Assembly: GCA_045837725.1 (NCBI GenBank) | Contig: JBEWZL010000184.1 | Coordinates: 372,001-436,000, forward strand | Direction of reading: 5' to 3' | Source of the DNA: Vermamoeba vermiformis | Taxonomy: Eukaryota | DNA length: 64,000 nt | Part shown: piece by piece, positions 54,939 through 64,000 of the stretch | Position numbering within the stretch: position 1 is the first letter of the stretch | Layout: each line of letters starts with the position of its first letter | Notes under the pieces: generated by a model | Told to the model about the DNA's origin: nothing | Databases searched by the model: none | Seen by the model: only the letters and a program-made list of their open reading frames with translations | Translations under genes and position numbers: made by a program

Positions 54939-56049
54939 ATCGGAGGGTATTGTAAAAATGCATTTGGGTATATTTCATTTTTTTATTCAGAAAACCCATA
55001 GTACATGGAAGTGCAAGTTGAACAAAAAAAACGGCACATCAAAATATGCCGTAGAGCTGAAGTTACAGCCTGTTTTCTTGAAAATCAACTGGGAAACCCC
55101 CATTTTACTCTAAGGCGCCCATATTAGGAAGTGTTTCACTGGTTTGTAATCATGATTTGATGCTTTGAAGGTTGCCAGATCATGGTACACAAAAGAATTG
55201 GAGTCTGATGCTTACTTGAGTGTTCCTAGGGCAAATACAGTGCAAAAAGCAAGTATATAGCATGGAATAGCCTAAAAAGGAAATTTGTGGTGCATATCAG
55301 TGGTCCATGAGGTAGACATTTGCAAAACACTCCTCTTGGCACTTGTGTGCATATGATCTGGCAATTACTAACAGTTTCCCTCCATCATTTATATGCCTTG
55401 CACTTCCCAGCTGAAAACTGAGTTTTCTACTTGCCTAATATAGAAATATAGTAAAGTGATCAGCAAATCGTTAGTAATTGATAAAAACTGTTGGGACAAG
55501 TTTCAACTTTAGTAACCATGGTGCAACAAATGCCAACTGCCCCATCATTTCCTAATTTGGTAATTACTGTCAAATCCCGAAATTTCAGTTAAAAAACAGA
55601 ATTTACAAGGATTACGAGCAACAAGGAAGTCGTTAGTAATTGCCGGAATTTGGTGCGGCAAGTTCAAATCATTGTTTTTTGTAAAGGTCCACTTATGATG
55701 TCCATAACCTCTTGCCATATATGGTTATATTTGCTAGTTACACTAACTGCCTGTTACCACCTTGGAGCATTCTGGCAAACAGTTAGTAATTGACAGAATT
55801 TGACGGGACAAGTTGGAATGGTATGTACATGCTGTAAAGCATTGTTTATGCTGGCAACCTTCCTAATTTGGAAATTGCTAATGATTTCCGAATGGGGCAG
55901 CAATGATTGAAAATTTGCAGATTTTTGCAAGTGATTTCAAGGGCCAACATCAAATTTTATTAAAATCTTACAAAACATCGATTTTCCAACAATAATCCTC
56001 CCAATGCCCCCCAAATATACCCAAATGCATTTTTACAATACCTTTCGAT
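54939..56049. mobile_element. Non-autonomous TIR DNA transposon (MITE-like), probable TTGA target duplication
   Basis: TIR core GGTATTGTAAAAATGCATTTGGGTATATTT perfectly inverted at both ends; TTGA|ATCGGAGG...CCTTTCGAT|TTGA; internal GTTAGTAATTG repeats. Confidence 0.9.
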
Positions 56050-57651
56050 TTGATCAATTCAGAATGGTCGAATATTGCTGCAGCGAAGCTTAAAAAGCGA
56101 ATTCATGAATTTGAAGAGTACGTGCGTAACGGCTAACGGCTACAAACCAAAACTATTTTCAATTTCAGAACATTAAATGATTATATGTTAATAATTATGA
56201 TATTAATATACTTTTAGTAATCATCCCTGTTATCGACCGACTGAAGAAGAGATCATACAACATCTGCATGACCCGCAGTTAGAGCTGTTCCAGAAAGCTA
56301 CGAACAAATTTTTAAGTTATCAGGTAGCTATTAATATATACAAGGCGGCACTATGTATGTATTTATGGTAATAATTGAATCGCAGGATGATTACAAGTTG
56401 CGGTACCATATTGAAGATCTGATGCTCTCGAAATCTAAAAACAAGAAAATTTTCGATATTAATCCAGACTTATGCAACCTATTCGAGCCAAATTTCCTTC
56501 GCTCGGAGGAGTGTCCGTAAGTTCTTGGAAAGACTATCTTTATACGTGCCACTAACATAGTCCACAAAGGTTCTTGTTCAAGTTGCGCTTCCGTGTCAAA
56601 AACGATCGTTATCAAAAGCAGATGATTTTTTTCGGATTTGTTTTTCATGAAGGACTGCCGTGTCCAATTGGCTTAAAAGATGTGCCTGATGTATTCCCTG
56701 GACACATTTTTGAAGCAGTTGTTGATCTGCACGAATGTCGTGCTTATAACATTCGAATATATAGCGTTCCGGAGACTATAATGGGTACGTCATTATAATA
56801 TATGATTGGTATTATTGCGGCTCATCGTAATATAGGAATTTTTCCGACTGGAGAGAATGCGCGGATCCTCTCGAGTGCTTTGGCGATACCGATGCTCCTC
56901 GGAGATCTTTGGCAGATGTATTATATTCACAAAGCACTACAAACGGTACTGGTTACAATAGTCTCGTATTACTTCATGATCGTTGTTGCGGCCAATCCGC
57001 CACTCAAACTTGGATTCGCTGGCGGTTACATTGTTGGCTTGGTGTGGTACCGCGGCATCGTTATAGAGATATTGAAGCTAGTGGCGTATACTGCAGTAGG
57101 ATATATGGCACAAAGATTAGTTTGGGAGTTGTACCGAGGTACTGCGGTTTCGAAAAGAGGATCGAACGTTATCGCTGGAATTTTTTTCTTCGAATTGATT
57201 ATTATTAATAATTTACGAGGATTATGGCAATCGATAATCACCGGAGATATATTTTTGGCATTTTTGGAAAATAATTTAATTTATGGCTTGGTCTTCTTTC
57301 AGTACTGCTTATGGGCGCTGGTTCAAAAAGAATTTCCTAAACAAGCCTATGATCCGATAATATTAATGCGATTTTATAGTACAGTGATATTGTACACGTT
57401 CTATAATCCAACTCCTTGGTTGTTATTTGATTCGAGCTAATGCCGAAATAAACGAATCAAACAGCCTACATATTAAAACACCAGATGACCTACTCGTATG
57501 GACATCAACGGACCAATTAGGCAATGCTATCATAGACGTAGCCAATAATACCTCATTTTGGATCCACGTTGTAAAAGTCAACCGTGTTGAAAGAGCGATT
57601 GATCGCTGGTCAATTGTAACCAACCCTAAGGTTGCATAATTACTAGTAAAT

Positions 57652-58770
57652 ATGAACTTTAAAAAACCATTGTTTATTTGTGGAATCGTTGGCTCGAGAG
57701 GCACGAAAACCTGTTTTTGGTGTAAAAAATGCGCCGAAGAACCAATTTTATTTCATTTTCCAGCCTTAAGTGCAGCAGATAAGGTACCTTATTCGCCAAC
57801 GATATGTTTCAAGAACAGTTAGAGCCAGATCAGGACGTATTTAAGAGCATCGTAACTTCGAATTCGGGACTATTCCAGCAATTATATGGCGTACAATCAA
57901 TAAGTTAGGAGGAAAATATATAAATTTTGAGCAAGAGCAACGTGCACCTCCAAATCTAAGACCTACTTCAGACTTCAACAATCGAAATCCGGTTGTAAGT
58001 AATTTTTATAAATTATAATTTGCTTCATCCAACAATCTATTATGATTTGTTAATATTTTAAACCGATTTTTAGAATTTAATAAAAATCCAGGTCTTTAAC
58101 GAATTTTATTTTTATCAGGATCCGTCTGCTGGCGCTTTCAGTACGTTAGAAGATTTAATTATATTATTATAAAATATTAATTGGTCTTTTAGAATTATTA
58201 CCGACTGGTGGAAAGTTCTTACCAATGTTATTCGGTTTGTCCGCTGTCGTAGCCGATATTTGGACGCTTTACCCAATCGTTTGGAATTGGATTCTCGTTT
58301 TAATTAGTGGACCTCTTCTCGTGGCTTTAATTCACAAACAATTTCCTAAAATGGCAGCAGTGGCGGCGGTGCAGATCTTGGTCGTACTATTTATCAGTCC
58401 TGCAGCACTATTCGATATTTTAAGGCTTTTGATAGTATTGGTAGTTGGCTATTCTTACCAGTCACTATTGAGTAGAGCGTGGGAAGTACACCCGATTTCC
58501 AAATTAGGAAAAATATTGCTTGGTTCGTTGCTGGCTGCGGATCTGATCTACATGAACGTCAATTTGCGGCTATTTATAACATCGATAATGAGCGGAAGCA
58601 TATTACCAACATTACTGTATTATACAGCGTTATATGGCTTGGGACTCATCAACATGGTCATAAGTTTCTGGATGTACCCGCAGAAAGCGAGTTGGGACAA
58701 AGTAGGAGCGATTGCACTGCTGAGATTAGCATCGTTAATGTTGATATATGTGTTTTACAACCCATTATGA
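57652..58770 (+). CDS. Membrane family copy 2 (multi-TM domain, no recognisable F-box; 5' exons uncertain)
   Basis: LIYMNVNLRLFITSIMSG and YVFYNP closely match copy 3. Confidence 0.65.
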
Positions 58771-59149
58771 GCCACGAGTCTGTATCGACATTGCTCCTCC
58801 CAGTATACTGATCCAGATTTCATTTCACTGGCAGACTTAGCCAGGATCACAGTCAATGTTAGCTAGTTCAGAGTTGTAATGGTAGATTTCATCATGATCT
58901 GCAAATATTGGCAATAGCATACACGGCGTTTTGTTGGCGAGCCAATTTTGGTTCTGTGCTAGTAAAACAAAATAAATAAGGCCATCGATTAATGTAACTG
59001 TCCATAAGCGTTAAGGCGTCAATAGCAACATGTCAATTCGGTTCATGAACGACGCCACGTGTCTAGCAACGTCGACATTTTTTTCTTCAATCTTTTTTTT
59101 TCTTTTTTTAACTCGTAGGAAGGCAAGCAAATGCATCAACGATAGTACG

Positions 59150-61000
59150 ATGTGGTGGCGAACGCAGTTGGAGCCAGATCCAGAATTTTGGCAAAACCTA
59201 ATCTACTGTCACACCGTGAAATTCATCGTCGCCGTACTAATCATAGCTGCCTTGCATAAAAAATTGGATGCCAAAAATGATAAAAGGCGAATACAGCGGC
59301 GTCCACGAGAATTAAGTCCGGTCACACCGAAAAACAATCCACATCCGCTTATATTACCAGTAAGTAATTTTTAAAAATTAAATTCTTCCATTAAATTTCC
59401 TTACTGTGCTATTTGAACAGTTTTTAATTTGTTTGACGATAATTTAAAATGTTCGCAAGTCTAATTTTTCTTTCAGGATGTGTTGGTGGAAATTTTATCG
59501 CATGTGGATATTTTAACGCTGTATAAATGCCGACAAGTAAATTCAGAATGGGCTAATATAGGTGCTCGAGATATTAAAAGGAGATTACCGAAGCTCGAAT
59601 CAGACGTTAAGACTTGGGAGTAAGACATCCGATCTTAAAATTGAATTATTTGAAATTAATTTTAAATTTATTGCAGAGATATTCAATATCGACCTAGCAA
59701 TGAAGAGATTTTAGCGAACGTTATTGACGAACACGCTGCGCACGAATTCAGAACTTTTTTTGGCAGAATTGGGCTGTTCAAAGCCTATACGGTAAGCTTC
59801 TGTTTATTTAAATATGAAATTTATCGCTATTTTATATTAATTGGCATATAGGTTGATTATCCGGCAGTCTACCACATCCAAGATCTGATCGTCTCGCAAG
59901 ATCTCGGCAAGAAAATTATTGACCCTAAATCGCCCTCCAAATTGACGACGTTCTTTACGGCTAACCATATAACGTCGCCTCAGTTTCCGTAAGTTACCAG
60001 ACTACTATTTCAATTTAATTGATCGATCAAAACGTACTGGATAAATTCATAAGATTTAATTCGTTAATTTCTTCGAAATAGATTCTTATTGAAGCTAGAA
60101 TTCAAGTATGAGAATTATCAGTTGATTTTCAAAGAGACGCAGCGATTGGGCTTGACGTTCAAATTGACCCCGAAAACTATGCCGAAAAGTCTACCGCAGA
60201 TGAATGGTTGTGAATATGAAGCATTATTTGATATGGCTAGTGGAAAGGCTTATAATATTAGACTATTGAAAGAACCTAAATTGGTACTCGGTAAGCCTAC
60301 AAATGAATTTTTTCCGCACCTTAAAATTCTAACCGATATTTGTGCGCCAAAATCTTCTTAAATACTTAAACGCTACTAACCTTAATCTAATTAAATAATA
60401 ATTTCCAAATTAGGAATAATACCGATCGATGACAACGGAAAAAATTTCTTGCCGTTATTGTTTGGCATGCCAGCGTTCATTGCAGACAATTGGACGTTCT
60501 TCCCGCACGCATTTGACCTATTTTTAGTATTGTTCAGCGGATGTGCGCTTAGTGTCATTCTCCAACGCGAATATTCGAAGATTTCAGCCTTCGTAGTATT
60601 GGAGATCCTGATCTTACTTTTTTTCAACTTTTCAATGCTGTTCGATACATTAAGGCTATTGGTTATAGTATGCTTTGGGTATAATATCATATCGTTCTTA
60701 ATTCGAGCACGAGAAGTCCTGCCAACGACAGAATTAGGCAAAGCATTGGTTGGAACAGCACTAGCGTTGGATCTGATCTACATGAACGTCAATTTGAAGC
60801 TATTTATCACTGCTATTATGAACGGCAATATATTATGGACACTACTATACTACTCGATAGTATTTGGCGTAGGCGCGTTGCATGTTTTGGCTTGTAAACG
60901 ATTGTACCCGCAAGGCAATATTCAACGACAAGTCACAAAAGGCTTCTGGATACGCATAATCATATCAATATTAATATACGTGTTCTATAATCCGGAATGA
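59150..61000 (+). CDS. Membrane F-box family copy 3 (intact): TM - F-box - unknown domain - multi-TM domain
   Basis: FIVAVLIIAAL; ILP|DVLVEILSHVDILTLYKCRQVNSEW (F-box); six exons in frame; hydrophobic last exon ending YVFYNPE. Confidence 0.82.
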
Positions 61001-61225
61001 ACTCTGACGGACCGGATCAAGATGTGGATCGGATTTGTTCTTGCTACAAAACTCCGTCTCTTTACAAAATAGGCAATACTGGCATATTAAACTAAGGAAC
61101 TAAATGTAAAAATATTGCAATGATTAGTAAAGAGCGACGACATGTTAATAAAGGGACAACTGTCAATCATTTTAACATTCTGCTATTTTTCTGTAAACAC
61201 GGAATCAACAATAAAAAGATCTTTT

Positions 61226-64000
61226 ATGGCGGCGACGAGTAAGCATCCAACAGAATTGATCTTAGATACTTGGCTAGGAGCGCGCATCCAAAACGCCGGA
61301 GAAGTTGAATTTGGCCAGAGGGACGAATTAAAATATTACAACTATGGATTCTAGTGAATTATTGGAGCTATTAAATTGTGCTAGGCTGCGCAGGTTAGCT
61401 AATTTTATGGGGGACCAGAAAAAGAGGCAGATTGGCATTCCAGTTACTCCCAATGATGATTTAAACAAAATTGGTGCGTAAAAAAAAATAGTTATATTAT
61501 TAATAATTATTTCGAGTTATTGTTAAGGAAGGTAAAACCTGATCCGATTTATTTTTTAGGCGCGAATCTTGTGCTTGGTGTCTTGCAAAAAGAAATCCCT
61601 CGGAAAAAAATGCGCAGTTATTTAATGAAATTAATATCATTTGACCAAATCGCTAAGATTTTGCGTGGCTGCTTCAATGACAATTGGCAAAGTGTAATGC
61701 ACTTGGCTGCTGCCCAATACGACTTGGATTTCATAAAGTATGTTCAATAGCATCAAATAATGTCATATTAATACGATTAGGTTGTTGGCAGAAAAGTGTG
61801 GAGAAGATCTTTTCACTATTCGAAGCAGGATCCCCAACGATCTGCCTATTTGCCATTTATTAAAGAACAATATGTTCGTGCAATATAATCAACTTAAACG
61901 GGCGCTAGATTATCATATTTCAAAGGTTCCTAACGGAGTGTCATGGATCAGATCCTCGATCTTTAATTCAATATCGGAAACCAAGCCGACTGTTACAGAA
62001 TTGATGAAAGATATATTTGAACGACCTATTGTAGCATCGGAAATTACTATGGCTGAAAAAGAAGCTGTTACTCGGTTTTTTAGAACTTCCACGTACCAGC
62101 GCAGTTGTTTTAAAGATCTGCAGAAGAAATTTATAACAATTTTCGTGCTTAGCGAGCCATCTTAGTAAGTAATAGTACATATCATAATACGGAACTAAAT
62201 CTGCCTCAGTTTTCAATGCCAACAATCCGACATATTTCCAAAAGGTGGATCTTCGTTGCTCCACGGAAAAATCCACGGAGCGTTAGATTTATTCGAGGAA
62301 ATTATTCAAATGAAGAAACTTACAATAGAAGATCGAGGTTATCTGCTGAGCATGGCGAATATGGCCTACGATTATATCAATGGATATTTTCCGGATTTAA
62401 CTAAGTGGACTAAGAACAAGTACGCGTTATTATTGATTATTGCCTTATTAGTTAACTTCAATTTTTTTTATTAATTTTATTTTTTGCTTCATGAACCAGA
62501 CTTGACAAACATTTGCACCCGTATATTCGATTGCTATGGTACTTAAATGATGTTGGTGCACTTCCAAGTACCCAGGAAGATGTTCTAAATATCAAAAATG
62601 ACGAATGCGAGAAATTTTTATCCTTTCTGGCAAAACAAGCTACATCCGGAGTACTCATGTTGGAAAAATATAATTTTCGGTCATGCAACTTGCCACTAAT
62701 CTACAAGCATTTCATAAACAAGTATCTAGAGAGTAAGTCAAGCTTATTCTATGAAGGTAGCTAATTTAATCGTTTAGATTGGTTTACCGGTCCTTCGTTC
62801 GAATCCGTGGAAGATCTGCCCTTCAAGTTTCCATTTATGGACCTGCCTATCGATATGACGATCGCCATATGCTCTTATCTACCCTATATAACGCTTAAAG
62901 CATTATTATTGACTTGCAAGCGACTTCGAGCCCTCCAACACTCTTCCTCGATCTGGCGCACAAAATTCGAGCAATATTTTCCGTACGATGCCTCGAATAA
63001 GGACTACTCGGATACTTCGTTTAACATCCGATACAAGTAAGCATAATATAACGATATTAATTAACAATAAAAGGCCCGTATTAATAATTATTGTTTGTAG
63101 GAACAAATTTATGGCAAGAGAGATTTATGGCAGCAAGTCCTATATGTATAGTATAGGAGCTCCTAGTGTATCATATTATTGCGATATGTATTCAGTAGAG
63201 CTTATCGGCGATGAAGTGATATACACTAGCAAGCACCACAATCGGTTAACATTGACCAATCTCGATACAAATGATCACGTGTCAGTAACTGGCATTCATG
63301 AACCTGCCGCTGCACGAATTTACAATGACAAAGTATTTGTAATGAAACACAATCAAGTTGAAGTACGAGACAAGACTACTTTGGTAAGCATTAGGCAACT
63401 TAAATTAATTGTAATTTGATTAACTAACTGACTGAATTTGCCCAAATTAGGGAATAATAAGTCAGTTCTCGCAGTTCAAGCCACGTACAACTTTGCCGCA
63501 CTTCGAGCTTTCAGATAATTGGCTCGTTTCCTCAGGTTCGACAATAGTAATATATAGATATGGGTATATTATATCTAACAAACGTTTAGATGCTTTGTAC
63601 GACTGGGGTACCGGACAGATGTTGGATTCGTGGGATCAAGATCTAACCGCTGTCACCGTACGAGATCGAATATGCTATGGCATCAATAGCGATGACATAG
63701 TTATTCGAGATTTACGCCAATCAGATCGTTCTGTGCAACGCTTGTCAATGACAGGTGTCAACAAATTCTCGTCAGTGAACGTGTATGACGGAATAATTTA
63801 CACAGCAGGCACGAGCATTAACATATTTGACATGCGGTATTTGCAGCAGCCGTCGGGCACAATAGCTTCACGCAGTATTGGACCTTGTGACCCAGCTGAT
63901 TACTACGCTATCGACCTCGTAAACATGAATGTCTGGGGATCCCAAGTTTCATGGGATCTGATCGATAACAAGTGGGAGAGAGCGGATATATGTGATTATT
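61226..64000 (+). CDS. F-box/WD40-like protein with long N-terminal extension (one ankyrin-like motif); 3' end off the window
   Basis: SVMHLAAAQYDLDFIK; FMDLPIDMTIAICSYLPYITLKALLLTCKRL...IWRTKF; beta-strand repeats VEVRDK, IVIRDLR, INIFDMR. Confidence 0.7.

Larger units (their letters stand above)
53127..57440 (+). pseudogene. Membrane F-box family copy 1, disrupted by two transposons
   Basis: Removing both elements restores KNNPHPVFLP|EIVGEVQSYLDVVSLGKCRLINSEW, collinear with copy 3. Downstream exons and the multi-TM exon remain open. Confidence 0.85.

Noticed and set aside
55360-55880. CRISPR-like spaced repeats
   Set aside because: Degenerate, long spacing, inside a TIR element in a eukaryote, and no cas genes.
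54933-56055. 9-bp Mutator-type target duplication (GATTGAATC/GATTTGATC)
   Set aside because: Imperfect, and excision on that parse frameshifts the host exon; the TTGA parse restores the frame.
62758-62779. Apparent 21-nt micro-intron
   Set aside because: A stronger upstream GTAAGT donor (about 62734) gives a normal-sized in-frame intron.

Overview
Gene-dense, intron-rich (GT-AG, mostly 50-150 nt) eukaryotic DNA. It is most consistent with a free-living amoebozoan, based on a Roco kinase, a receptor Tyr kinase, a P2C ATPase and an Acanthamoeba-like 5S rRNA. About 23 spliced protein-coding genes were reconstructed by hand from the ORF fragments, plus one 5S rRNA gene inside an intron of CFIm25/NUDT21. 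Highlights: (1) a continuous RGS-DEP-GBD/FH3-FH1-FH2-DAD formin; (2) a tandem family of membrane-embedded F-box genes, one copy hit by two different TIR transposons (one strongly CpG-depleted); (3) a TALE homeodomain fused to a double PHD finger; (4) a receptor tyrosine kinase with a full ITAM-consensus motif; (5) a P2C pump with PQGL in place of PEGL; (6) a triple winged-helix gene with an apparent GA-AG intron holding a multibranch RNA structure; (7) a CaaX-ending PH-STE20 kinase. Exon joins and domain calls come from manual reading and motif recognition, not from database searches.
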